A DNA stretch of 64,000 bases, taken from the NCBI GenBank assembly GCA_963514005.1, contig OY740790.1:19716001-19780000 (forward strand), written 5' to 3'. The position numbers and the translations under genes were made by a program. This document shows, piece by piece, positions 35,724 to 48,624 of the stretch (positions are counted from its first letter, which is position 1; each line of letters opens with the position of its first letter). Under the pieces are notes generated by a model that was given only the letters and a program-made list of their open reading frames with translations, did no database searches and had not been told where the DNA came from. This stretch comes from Raja brachyura (taxonomy: Eukaryota).

Positions 35724-37196
35724 GTAGGCATTATACTCCATGTTACTCTGGCAATTGCAAACTCAAAACATTAGTGGCGCTCTCCTATCTTTGTGAAAGC
35801 AAGGGGCTATATCGAGAAAACAACATAACAGAAAATGAACGATGCACCAGGCTATTAATGTAAAAATTGTCCAGCAATTTTCATTGCCCATTTGGGCCTG
35901 TCTAAAATGAGTTTTTTTAACTTAGGATCATGAGACTTCTGGATTCACAACCTCAGATAGTTGTGGAGGCAGTTGTTGAGTGTATTGAATACTCTGGTAG
36001 ATTTTTGGAAACTAAGAGAATGAAAAGAGATGAGGATCTGGGAGGAACCTTGATGCGGTGCAGGATCAACCATGGTCTTATCAAATGGTAGAACGCACTT
36101 GTGTATGGTCTGTCACTTCTGTTTTAGATGTTCATGTGAATAAGAGAGATCCTTTAAATTGCAAATAGCCACAGTCCGCTGAACAATTTCCACCACACTG
36201 CTGTTAGCTTCACATAAGAAGCATCTTGCCTTTACCTACCATGTGAATTTCAAATTGCTACATTTGCACATTAAGTAGCTATTAAACTCACCACAGAAAG
36301 TTAATCTAGTAATTAACAGTGTAAGTACCCTTTAATAACATCATAACCATTAATGACAGCCAGACAACTTTGCTTGTCCAGAAAGTGAACAATTAAATTA
36401 CAGAGCCTTTGTTCCTTCTAACTGTGAATTATGGAGACTTCAATTAAAACTTTATATTTTCTTTACCTTTTTTTCTTTTCATTTAAAAAAATCCTTAATT
36501 AGATTTTTCTTTCATCTCTCTTTATTTCCTTAATACTTGCCATTAATTTAATTCACTTTCCTTTATTCATCTACATATTTCTTAACCATTTAGCCTGTTG
36601 TCCAAGATGGCTCTCAACTTCACTGTTATTCACTTTTGTCAGTCTCATGGATAAAAAGATTCTACCCTTAAAAACTACGGGAGCAAATCTAACCAAAGTA
36701 CACAGTGAGATGTTCCACTCAATGTATAATATTATATTCTCCAATTGTCATTTTGCATTGGGAGGATGATTCAATGTTATCCTCGGTATCCTCCTGTGAC
36801 TTCTCCCTTATTCACTGGGCAACAACAGCTCTCTTGTGATGAATTTGGGAACGTTATGCTTTCTGAACGGAGCAACAAAGCACAAAGTTGAATGCACTAC
36901 AACATTTCACACAGGCTTTTATTTAAACCCTTGTCAAACTCACTACTGTATACTTTGATACTTCAGTCCATTAAAATTATCACTAATTCAAGATATTGAT
37001 AGTGTAATGGGGTAATTGAATTAAGTGCACTGCTGAATCGATGCTTTTTCCAAATTCAACAAGCCTAGATTGAACTAAGATGATTAATCTTCGCTTCAAG
37101 TATTTGGTCTTTACTGTGTGCGGGGATGGGGTTGGTTGGCTGCAGATATATGCTGGTGGGAATCAACATTCTGTGCGCTGCAAGTTGATAGTGAAG

Positions 37197-37287
37197 GAAA
37201 GACAAAATGCTGGAGGAACTCAGCAGTCAGGCAGCATCCCTGGACAACATGGGTAGGTTAGGCTTTAGGTCAGGACCCTTATCCAGA
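37197..37287 (-). mobile_element. Half copy of the short Penelope-derived family
   Basis: acaaaatgctggaggaactcagcagtcaggcagcatcc...ggtcaggacccttatccaga. Confidence 0.65.
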
Positions 37288-39643
37288 ACATGCATCAGTA
37301 AATTCAGTGCACAATGGACTGAAGTATCAAAATATGCAGCAGTGTGTTTGACATCCATTTAAATAAAAGTCTGTGAAATGTTTTAGTGCATTCAACTTAG
37401 CGCTTTGTTGCTCCTTTCACAAATCACAATGTTCCCAAATACATCTAAAGAGTGCGGTAGATGCACAGTAAATAAATAAGGAAGAGGTCACAAGAGGATA
37501 CTGAGAATAAAATTGAATCCTCGTCCCACGTCCGATGACTATTGGAGAAGATTATATTGTCCACAATGTCTTTGAGTGGAAAATCTCTGACTGTGCTCCT
37601 GCAGTTCCTTGTTCTACCGGTTGACAGCGAAGACAGATTTGCCAAGAGAGAAGCTCTCATTCCCAATCTCTATCTGTGTGTGTATATTTATGCATTTATG
37701 GACATGTGTTGGGTGAAGGGAGGTTAGCACTCCAGAGTGATGAGCCAGCTTCCTGTAAGGGAAATAGCATGTTGACACTATGTAGGCTCAAGTGATGAAT
37801 GCCTACATGGTCCAAGGACACTTATGGAAGCATCTATTTAAAAAAAAACAGTGGTTAGTCTTAGAGGAGGGAGGAAACGCGTTGTTCGGTGAAGGCGGGT
37901 GTGTGGGAAAACAAACAGAATAATTTTTATGGATTGATTACCATGCAGTTTTGAATCAACCAAATTATTTAATATGGTTTTGTGTGAAGGTGACTGATTT
38001 GGACATGGGTGGAGAGTTTCAGCTAAATCCTCTGGAACGTGGCTGCGGAACAAGTGAAGATCATTCTCGGCAACACTGGCTTGCTTGACTTGAGGATAAT
38101 ATCATTTGAAACTGCTTTGAGGTTTTAAATTCTGTCACATTACAGAATCATCATTAGATTTACTGGTATTTTTGTGTACTGAAACAACATAACCAAATCA
38201 TTAACATGCTCTAAATGCTGATAAAAGTCAAGGTGAAGGCTTCCTTGATCTATGGTGGGTGCTTCAAGATAACAAGCAAACTAGATATGCCATGAAACCA
38301 GATCTGCTTGGCTGGTAAACAATTTTTGAAATCGTTTCCTGAGTAGCATGCAGGAGAGCTGGTTGGGGGTGGGGGTGGATGTTGGAGGTGGAGACAACCA
38401 AGGCAATCAACAGCTGAGGGAGCAGTAATGATATTTATTTACTGTTCATTCCATGTAATTATCAGAGTTGTTCATATAAAGGTAACAGCTGCAATTGTGC
38501 ATTGACTGCCTCACGCTCTTCGCCGTGCGCAGTGAGTAAGTGTTCCTAAATTAGCATCTGCGTTGTGTGTCTAAAATCACACAATACCGCTTCGTACCAT
38601 GTCATGGGGCATAAATCCCTGGCAAGCTTATGATATTCCTTACCAAAATATAGAACGCAAATGTTTTTTTAAATCTTTGAATATTTCATTTCACCACTTT
38701 CTCCTGAAGGCTCTCTCTAATCCTCGATGATCTGCACCTCCTCAAACAAGGGTCACTTTTTCCAACGCAAATAAACAGCAGCATGTTTGACCGTGGAGCG
38801 CATAATGGTTGAGTCTAATTTTGTCCTGGTGTTGCTGTTAACCTTATCCTTTGCCAACAAACGTGAAATATTTATTTGCAGGTGCCCTGTTTGATTTGAC
38901 CCTATGACTCTCACCCCTTCCTCTACTCAAGGGCAGAGTTAATGCCATTCGTACAAGTTCTGCTGAGATCCGTTTACACATTCCACGAATGGAACTTGGA
39001 GCTTTCCACGGTATCTGCTTCACTGCGTATTGAGTTCTCAATGAAGTACAGTGCAAAGTTATTGCAAAAAAAATTGTAATGTTACTATTATTTTTGCATT
39101 TTGCATGGAGAAATGTATTCCACATGCAATCCTGTGGCAGCTTCTGTTTGTTGAGTTACGGCATTCATGGGCACTTGCACTGTTGCGTAGAAGATACATT
39201 GGGTTTATTACATGGTTTTGTCTAGCACCCTCTTTAGTTTAACTGCATCATGCAAGATGATACAGAGCCAAACAAATCAAACTTCAAATTTGTGTCTGAA
39301 TTTGAAATTAGACAATGTAGATAAATAACAGATACATTACAGATGAATAATAGGATAGACTTGAGGGACTGAATGGTTCCTTCAATTTAATTGCTAATCG
39401 ATTTCAGATTAGCACCGCAGTAGTAATATCTGTTTATATCTTGAGGTTTAGACTGGGCTCCATTGCCAAGCACCCTGTGGATAGAAAACCTCATCAGGTG
39501 CAGTCTTGACTAAGGTGGCTGCCATGGCTAATTAACTTAATTACACCTGTTATTAGACCTAACTCGGGACGAATGAGCACTGAGACGAGAGATACCTGTA
39601 TGATTTGGTGCCTTAAGGTAAATGAAGCAAATTAAACCATATA

Positions 39644-40680
39644 GTAGGTATGTTACAAAACTTACCTTTAGCGGCGCTGCACTTCTGCCGCTCCCCGTGT
39701 GCGCGACTTTCGCGCCTTGCAGAGGGGGGCGGGCTTAAAGTGCCGTTTTTCCACAGGCCTGGATAATCGATGAATGTCGGGCGATTTGGTTGCTGAAGAA
39801 AAATCGCTCCGACATTTAATGAATGGTGGTATTTTTAAATTACTCTAGATTATTTATTAACTAGAGTAATTTAAAAATCACCTTCAAAAGCCGTGAGCGC
39901 AGACAACCGGAAGCATTTTGCGTAGGGGAGAAAAAAAGGTAAATACTTTATTTTTATATTAAAAGTTGGTTTTTCGGGAGGCATTAATAATATTTTTATG
40001 TTGCGAAATGGGGTCCCCAAAAAATGTATGAACCCCCAGTATTTTTCCTCCCGACTTCACCGCTAACCGCAACGTTCTAATCCACCGCATTCCACTAAAA
40101 CCCACTCGCTAGTTGATTTAAATGGCCATTAATTTACTGGCATAAAACACTAAATTCCTTCCATTTGGCCCAGAAATTCATGAAAATGAGATTTAAAAAT
40201 TATGTTATATTGTGGATTATTGTGTGAATGTTATTTGGACACTTAGGCAATTTAAAAAAAGTTTATCTTTTCTTAAGAAATTGATAGATGTTTAGATCTA
40301 CTCATTGAATTTTGTAATTAGCTACAATTAGATAACTAACTAATTATATGCTTTAATTTCAGGTCATCCAAGTAAGATTGTTTAATATTTGTTTCAGAAT
40401 GTTTCAATCTATAATAACTGAAAATTTCATTGAGTTCTCTTAATTTTTAAGAATGTTATGGACTTTTAACTTTTCCAGATCACAGCTTTTGAGTTAAGTC
40501 AATTGAAAGGCAATGGGAAGCAAGATGCTCATTTCCGAGTATGAAAATGGCCATAACTTTCTTAATACTGAAGATATGAAAGTAAATTAGGTGTCAAATT
40601 AAACTTCTTTTTATGCTTTATCTGATGGGATAAATTGCAGACTTGATTTTTAAAATCTCAAAATTTTGTAACATTGCTAC
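39644..40680. mobile_element. Non-autonomous DNA transposon (1037 bp) with TIRs, superfamily unassigned
   Basis: Left end gtaggtatgttacaaaactt vs reverse complement of right end gtagcaatgttacaaaattt (17/20); flanked by direct ATATA at 39639-39643 and 40681-40685; no long ORF. Confidence 0.75.
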
Positions 40681-41093
40681 ATATAGAAGGTACATTTTGA
40701 CAAAAAAAGCCTTTGCATCTGCATTTAGGCCGAGAGCTAAAATGAGTCAAGGTTCCCAACTCAAGATCAATATCAGTGGCCCTTTTCGAATCGGTCATAT
40801 GTTCACTGGTAAATGTAGATTAAACTCAACCATTTTCTGTAGTTTCAAACTAATTATGCCATGTGAAACATGATTTCTTGGGTGACGCACTGCAGAGTCT
40901 AAAAAAATGTTTGCTGAACGTTTTCAAATCGTAAGAAGAAATGGAGGGAAAATTGTTTGCGTGGGGAAAATTGAAATCAATTGCTTTTCCTGAGCCATGA
41001 TTCTGTGCCACTGAATCTAAATACACACTTGATGCTAACTTAATATGTGAAAGATAATTAAAACCTATAAGCTCTACTTTTCTTTTTTTACAG

Positions 41094-41158
41094 GTATCGT
41101 TTTTGCTGTGTGCCTTATTGTACCCTGGACTCATTCTTATTGACCATGGCCACTTTCA
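41094..41158 (+). CDS. alg6: ALG6 coding exon 6 (65 nt), followed by a U12 AT-AC intron
   Basis: ttttttacag acceptor; VSFLLCALLYPGLILIDHGHF-Q; ends at the ATATCCTT U12 donor. Confidence 0.93.
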
Positions 41159-41342
41159 ATATCCTTACAGATAAAAGCTACATTTAAAAAGAAATGCGGT
41201 AACACAAACAGCTTCCCTGTGCTTCATTGGCCGGTGCCCAACATGATGTTGCACTAGGCCATATGGGGTCAGCTGATGTCAGGGTCAGTTCCTCGCCTTT
41301 AATGAGTTTATGGGTTGAAATTGGTAATCTAGAGCTTTGATC

Positions 41343-41685
41343 GAGTGGATATGGAGAGAATGTTTCCACTATTGGGAGAGACTAGGACTAGAGGTTGTAG
41401 CATCGGAATTAAAAGATTTTCTTTTAGGAAGGAGATGAGGAATTTCTTTAGTCAGAGGGTGGTGAATCTGTGGAATTCTTTGCCACAGAAGGGTGTGGAG
41501 GCAAAATCAGCAGATATATTTAAGGCAGAGATAGATAGATTCTTGATTAGAATGGGTGTCAGAGTTTATGGGGAGAAGGCAGGAAAATGGGGATAGGAGG
41601 GAGAGATCGATCAGCCATGATTGAATGGCGGTGTATTGATGGACCAAATGGCTTAATTATACTCCTCTCACTTATGATCTTATGA
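41343..41685 (+). mobile_element. CR1 3' end inside the U12 intron
   Basis: MERMFPLLGETRTRG...RNFFSQRVVNLWNSLPQK...IFKAEIDRFL followed by the CR1 3' UTR. Confidence 0.88.
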
Positions 41686-41849
41686 TTTAGGGGAAACAAA
41701 TTAATAGTGGTTTTAGCTACCAATTGCCCATCATGGACTTCTAGGGAAATATGTGTGATGGTTGAGGACAGATTAGTTTTCTTGCCATTTTCACTCTGGG
41801 AAGGCAACAGTCCCATACCAGCCTCATGGCTTCAGAAACCTGGTGCAAG

Positions 41850-42112
41850 CTTTGTGGAGCTTGCGTGTTGTTCCTGTTTCTGCACAGGCTCCCTCCAAGT
41901 GTTCTGGTTTCTCCAATGTGCCAAAGACATGCTGAATGATAAGTTAATTGGCTACTGTAAATTGCTCCTTTTGCAGGTGGGTGAAAATAGAATTAGGCGA
42001 GTAGCAGTTAATCGGAATGTGAAAGACAGAATGGAAGTAGTATGGTGGTTGCTTCCTGGTCAGCATGGATGCTGAAGGGCCTGTTGATGTGCTCGATGAT
42101 TCTGACTCCATG
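41850..42112 (+). mobile_element. V-SINE fragment inside the U12 intron
   Basis: tgtggagcttgcgtgtt...ctggtttctcc...aagttaattggctactgtaaattg...gctgaagggcctg. Confidence 0.6.
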
Positions 42113-42416
42113 ACCTAATGGATCAAACATGTACTGCCTGACAACACTGCAGAGGGGCAAATACAATAGTAATAAAACTGAAGCAAAATACCACCTCATG
42201 ATTGTAACCTAATTGTTTTTATTTGGTTGGTTTTCAGGCCACTTTTAAATAGTAGTTCGTCCTCACACTTTACCTAAATCCTATTTATATAATGAATTCT
42301 GAAAATGTTGAATGATATTCTTCTGGAAACATTTCTATTGTGAAAGCTGGGGACTTGGTTTGATTCCATGTTTGGTCTTCGTCAATACTTGTGTGTAATC
42401 CTTATCATGACAACAC

Positions 42417-42599
42417 ATACAACTGCATCAGCTTGGGCCTCGCCCTGTGGGGGGTGCTGGGCCTTTTGAATGACCGGGTCTTCTTAGGGTCAGTGGCATT
42501 TTGCATGGCCCTCAATTATAAGCAAATGGAGCTATACCATGCGCTGCCTTTCTTCTGTTATCTCTTTGGAAGCTGTTTAAGAAACCTGAAAAATGGAGG
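42417..42599 (+). CDS. alg6: ALG6 coding exon 7 (183 nt)
   Basis: [61 protein letters not shown] contains the NYKQMELYH motif; donor gtaagt at 42600. Confidence 0.95.
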
Positions 42600-43199
42600 G
42601 TAAGTAACTGAAAAGGAGCAGTATTTTAGTTTGTGCTGTGTCAAATGGATCAAGTAAGGACTTTTTAAGGTTTGCAAATGTTTCTATTTTGCCATTGTTC
42701 TGCAAATAGCTTAAATACAAAGGCAGGCCTTCTTTTTAGAATATTAGTTATTCTTCAAATATGTCAATAGGAGTCATTTTGTGGTGTCTTAATTAAAGTT
42801 GTATAATGCCGGCCAAAAAGTATTTTAATTGTGACTGACACAGTTTGTGGAATAGGCTGTAGATTGGACAGTCTCAGATCTGTGTGTTATTCTCTGATGA
42901 AACAGTGATATAAATTCAGTAACTTGACGCTGAACACAGAATAGAGTTAAATTACTCCAGGGATGGGGGGAGCAGGGAGGGGTGAACAGCACAAGAACAG
43001 AAATGGACTTGCCTGATATAACACAAAGTTGAAAAGCTTATTGTCACTCATTCTGAAACCATGGATATGTACAATGACCATGTACAAGATATTGGAAAGC
43101 TGGTGATATTTATCAGAACTATAACCCATCTTGAGTCAATGTATTCTGAAGTGTTGGGGAGAAAATAAGAATGTTATATAGTGATTCATTGTAAAGTAT

Positions 43200-43570
43200 T
43201 AACCTTGCCTTATGTAATTCCTGTCACGACTCTGTGATCTCCAGAATAGCCACAAAATACTTTTAAAATGTTGTTATATTGGGAAAGCCTAACGGCCAGT
43301 TTATATAAAATATTAACCGAGTAGGTTTTAAGCCACATTACAACTTAGAAATAACATATAAGCTTCCACAAGTAACAGAGATAAAGAACTTTATTCCATT
43401 TGTTTGGCTGAAGAATGAATATCGTTCAGAGCATTGGGCATCTGAGATGGGCCTTATTCAAAGAGGCAGCACCTATAACAACTTAGCACCCCTTGGTTCT
43501 GCACTGGACCGTAAGCTTAGATTGTGCTGAAGTCCAGAAGTAGTTTAAATCTACAGCTTTCTGATTGGTT
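43200..43570 (-). mobile_element. Ancient Deu-domain SINE-like relic
   Basis: aaagaggcagcacctataacaacttagcaccccttggttctgcactggaccgtaagcttagattgtgctgaagtcc resembles the antisense Deu-SINE (AmnSINE1/SacSINE1) core as I recall it. Confidence 0.5.
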
Positions 43571-43719
43571 AGATGTTATCATTAAAGTCATTGAATTATA
43601 AATGTTGAGAAGTATTTGTGGAAAAATTGTCCAATGCAACTTAAAGTTCCATTAATGCATTCAATTACATTGTTTCATGTTGCATCTAAACACCATGAAT
43701 GGTGAACGATAACGTAGCA

Positions 43720-44010
43720 GTTTTGCTATTGGGTGACCAATCCATCGATCTGAACTAATGATCTTGAGTTTCAATTCCAACATGGACAGCTGTAGAATTT
43801 AAATTTAATTAATTAAATGGGTAAAGAATAAAAAGCTGCAATCAGTAATGATGATGATGTAGCTTCAGATCCACATATAAACGCATTTGGTTCACCAATG
43901 TCAGGATGGAAATTTGTCCTTGTGTGATTTGGCCTAGTGCGACACTGGACATATACTTGTGTATTTGACTAATAACCCTCTGAGATGGCAGAGCAACTCA
44001 GTTCATAGGA
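43720..44010 (+). mobile_element. Degenerate chondrichthyan SINE/LINE-tail relic
   Basis: gagtttcaattccaacatgg...gaatttaaatttaat...tggttcaccaatgtc...ccctctgagatggc...actcagttc resembles a common shark/ray interspersed repeat as I recall it. Confidence 0.45.
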
Positions 44011-44576
44011 AATTAGGCAAAGGTAAACATGTTGATATTACTAATAAAGCACAGGAATGAAATAAGATATTGACTGTTTTTAATTTTATTTGTCATTATT
44101 TAAGTTGTCATAGGATACAGTAATTGCTTAATTATTATTAATTGCTAAATTATTAATGCTTAATAATAAACCTATGTTTTTATATAATTAGGCTTGGTGT
44201 TGCAGGGATAAGGAAAGATAAGGCTGCTGATATGCAAATATTTTAGCCAATATGTAAGCATGATTGTCAAACCCTGTCATAGTCTACTCATTATTGAACA
44301 TAACTGTACAAAGAGTGTTGGAGCATAGGTAGGAAACCGTGTTTTTTTTAGAGGGGAGGGTGGGTAATGTTGTGGGCTGGGGCAATATAGACAAAGTGAA
44401 GCCACTGTGACATTCTTTTCCAGATATAAATAATATGAAACCTATGCTGTGCACTTCAATTCAATCTGGGGAGAAGATGCATTATGGTTTTTTTTTCTCA
44501 TTGTGGGTATTAGTGCCCAAGAGATGGAAATAAACTTTAATTATACCAGGAACCATTCTTTTCTCTTCTATTGTAG

Positions 44577-44712
44577 GTTAAAACAATTGATCAAAATTAT
44601 CCTTGTGGTGTTGATTTCATTTGCTTGTTGCTGGCTACCCTTCCTCACCAGTTTCGAACAGTCTCTGCAGGTGATTCGAAGGATTTTCCCAGTGGATAGA
44701 GGTTTGTTTGAG
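44577..44712 (+). CDS. alg6: ALG6 coding exon 8 (136 nt)
   Basis: ttgtag acceptor; LKQLIKIILVVLISFACCWLPFLTSFEQSLQVIRRIFPVDRGLFE; donor gtgcgt. Confidence 0.95.
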
Positions 44713-47700
44713 GTGCGTTCAGGAGATTATTGGTAACTGTATGTTTTATTATAGTTGTTTACCATTTATAGAACTTGGAGATTGTAGCGGCACTTGTGTA
44801 ATTTCAAGCCAGAGTGTAACACGGAGATATTGTTCAAGATGCCACTTTGGTATTCTTCCTCATGTTGCAGAATCACTGGGAATGTTGAAAAAAGATCTTT
44901 TACCAGATCAACAAAATGAACCATGCTTATGAGCCCAATTATCCAACTAAACCTAAGGTGCAAAGCCCACTATCCTCATCTGACAACAAGTTCATCATAA
45001 AATCTCCATGATTAACATTTCAATGATAATATTAGCTCAGCAACGGTGTAAAAGTCTTACATGAAATACTTATTTGGACATGGGTGAGGACGAACTTGAG
45101 AAATTGTTAGCGTTAGCAAGTTAGTGACAAGTTAGGCATCTCCAATTGCTGTTTAAAAATATGCTGATGTGTAAATTACACGTTCAGCCATAAAATTGAT
45201 ATCTGCTCAGTTTGTTTGTAGAATGCGTCAAGCATTAACCTTCTAACCTTTCTCCGTGTCCTCATCAAATTCGGGGCCGATATTCTATCTGTGCCATGTA
45301 TGAGGGAAATTATTCCATCAGTCTGAGGCGTGGCCAGCTTGCCTGTGAAGTTATGTCCCCTCCAGTTGTGACACTGACAACTGTCTCTGCCGTTTCTATT
45401 TCCTGTCTTGAATAGAGGTATCAGATATTGCATTCTTGATACTGATATCATAGCCTTCCACAGATAGCCCATTTATAGAACCAATTTGGCTCAAACGTAA
45501 CCCTTGAAATTGGCGTGCACTTGTATCGTAAACACCACAGATTCTGTTGACTCAGTCAGGCCTGTGAATGTTAGTGCCACGCATTATTCTGCCATTTTGG
45601 TGTTTGGTGTGCTGTGAGCAGTAACTTTGCTGGACTTAACAGCAAACAAATTAGTGATAGAGCACTTGACCGCAACTTGGTTGTTCTGGTCAAGTGCTCG
45701 TTTACAAATGCTTTTTAATTCAACAGAATGAATGAAATGCCTATGGAACATGAAACCTGTGTTAAAGTCTTAGTAGTTGTTAATTTATTTTGAATCTGAT
45801 GTTGTTTGCATGTTCGAGTGGAAGTGGTGCAGCTGTCGGGGGTTCCATGTATTTGTGGCATCGCAGATGCTGGCCCCATCCAGACACTAAAAAATCACCA
45901 CTCTACTGGTGATACTGAATCAATGGCCATTCTCTAGGATATACAAGTACTTTGCACTTGATTCACTGAAAAACATAGGAAGCAGGCATTCTCTTTTCTT
46001 CATCCCAAATGTCCATCAAAACAATTGGAAGCAACGTTTCCCTTTCTGGATGCACAAACAAATCTCTGCAGTTGCCTTTTCTAATTCAGCACAGATCAAG
46101 AATGAAACCTGCAGCTTTCATGTCTGCCTGGTCTAGAACTATGTGGAGGGAAAAAAGTATTTATTCCACAAGGGGTAGCTTTGTTATTTCTTCACATACC
46201 AACTTGTGGCAGTATGCAATAAAAATGGTAATTAAATAAATCTATTGTAATGGTTAGTATATGTTCAATTGCTTTGTTCAGTAGTAAAATATCATAACTT
46301 GTTACAGCTTTCTTCTGCTCTTGGTTTAATCAGATACCATTTGCTAAGTATTTGCAGGAATATATTTTAATGAACTTCAGTTGTGTTTAAGTTTCAACTG
46401 TCATGTAGCAGGCTTTGGAGAAGTGTGCAGATTCAAGCAAGAATTAAATGTCAGTGCTCTGGAAGAAAGATATGTTGTTATGCCGCTGCAAATCTTTTTT
46501 ATCACATCTCTTGTAGATCTTCAGAAGTGCTTTGCATATAATTACTCTGAAGTTCATTGGCCACTGTCACTAAAGGTTCATGTTAATAGGCTAATAATGC
46601 ATAGTCTTGGATTATTGATCCAGTGATAGTTCAAATTAACATATAGTTAATTAGGGAGGTAGAACTGGAATACCACAAGCTGATGTTAGTAATGTGGTAT
46701 TGAATCGACTGATTATTGTCAAAAGAAACCATCACACCGCTGATGTCCACCTTGACTTAACTGTGACTCCAACTATGTGGTTGACTAGCCAGCAGGATGG
46801 CGCCTCCAAATTTTATCGTGCTCCAAATGTTAGCGAGAAGGAATGTGCAGGGCTGCTTTGTGGTCAGTCTACACAACAGTAAATTCATCTAAAGGAGTGA
46901 CGTACAATTGACCCCGGGGGAGTTGTAGGGATTTCCATATCATGTGAATGAAGGATATTTAGGAAAATGTAGCATGATGTTGTGTGCAGAAAAAATCCAT
47001 GAATGTTAGATAAATGTTCAGTAATGTATTTATTGTTTTGATTTGGAAAGATTTTGCAACAGATATTAACACTCCTTATATTCAAGTACACTTCATAGTC
47101 AATGGAACGATTGGAGGAGATAACGCTGTTAACTAAATATCAGTTCCTGGTCAGTACAGCACCAGCTGACTAGATTGCAGAATCCAATAAACCTTGCCTA
47201 CAAAGTATCCTGTGCTCCTTGCAATCTGTACAGACACATCTTTTGGGTTTTTTTTCTCCTTCTTTTCAGCCCTTTAGTCTCGGGACTTGGTCAGAATTAC
47301 TTGGCAGTTATTCGACTTGTGTTTTGCCAGATGGTGATGATGCAATGTCTGCGTATGTCAGAGAAAACTGCTGAACTTTACCGTGGATCGAGAAAACCAA
47401 CTGCATAATAGCTACAGTATAAACCTGAAAACCCCTTAATAAACTGCTCCAAATGACAAAATATATGCATAGCAAAATTGGAAATCTACCACTGTGGTAC
47501 AAAAAAATTTTGGTCTTTGGGCCATTTTCCACGTGTTAGCGGAAAAATGATTTATGATAGATTTCATGTTCAAGATCAAAACTAGGAGACGCACTGCAGT
47601 GCAGCTAGCAGATTCATAGTCATACAGCATGGAGGCCCTTCAGCCCAACAGGCCCTTCTGCCCATGCCGACCAAAATGCCCCATCAGCAGTAATCTCCCG

Positions 47701-48624
47701 ATACTGTGTTGGGTTAATATCTCTCTAAATCATTCTTATCCATTTACCTGTCCAAATGTCTTTTAAATATTGTTTAGTATCTGTCTCAACTACCCCCAGC
47801 AGCTCAATCCATATACCCACCTTGTGTGAACCAGTTGCCCCTCAGGACTCTATTAAATCTTTCCCCTCTCACCGTAATCCTATGATCTCTGGGGGTTCTT
47901 GATTCCCCTACTCTGGTTAAAAGACTGTGCATCTGCCCCATCTATTTCCCACATGAATTAATCCACCTCTGATAGATCACCCCTTATCCTCCTCCACCCC
48001 AAGGAATAAAGTTCTAGTCTGTGCAAACTCTCCCTATAGCTCAGGCCTCGAGCCCTGTAAATCAGTACTCCAAATGTATCCTCACCAATGTATTGTACCA
48101 CTATAACATAACATCCCAACTTCTATACTCACTACCCGGACCGATGAAGGTCAGTGCACTGAATCGCTTCTTGACCATCCTGTGATGTCACTTTCAATGA
48201 CTTGTGTACGTGTACTCCCAGATCCCACTGCTGTACAACATTCCCGAGAGTCCTCCTGCTCACTGTGAAATTCCTACCCTGGTTTGACTTCCCCAAAAAA
48301 CAGCAATGGACCCCACACCAATCCCCAAGTCACACGCTAGTCACAGATATCCAGTACGAAAAACAACTTTTCACCATCACCCTTTACCTCTTTCCATGAA
48401 GCTGATTTTCTATCCAGTCGGCTAGCTCTCCCTGGATCCCATGTGATCTAACCTACCATAGAAGCCAACTATGCAGAACCTTATTAAATGCCTTAGTGAG
48501 GTCCATATTTTCAACGAATATAGCTCTGACCTCATCAACTTTTACTTCAAAAACTCAATCAGATTTGTGAGACCTAATTTCTCGCAAACAAAACCATGCT
48601 GACTATCACCAATCAACCCCTGTC

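Larger units (their letters stand above)
41159..42416 (+). other. alg6: U12-type (minor spliceosome) AT-AC intron of alg6, 1258 nt
   Basis: 5' splice site ATATCCTTAC at 41159; branch-like TCCTTATC at 42399-42406; terminal AC at 42415-42416. Splicing restores the in-frame DHGHFQ|YNCISLG. Confidence 0.9.

Noticed and set aside
42391-42416. Extension of alg6 exon 7 upstream as in the ORF track (MCNPYHDNT)
   Set aside because: This is intronic U12 branch-site sequence; homology starts at YN after the AC acceptor.
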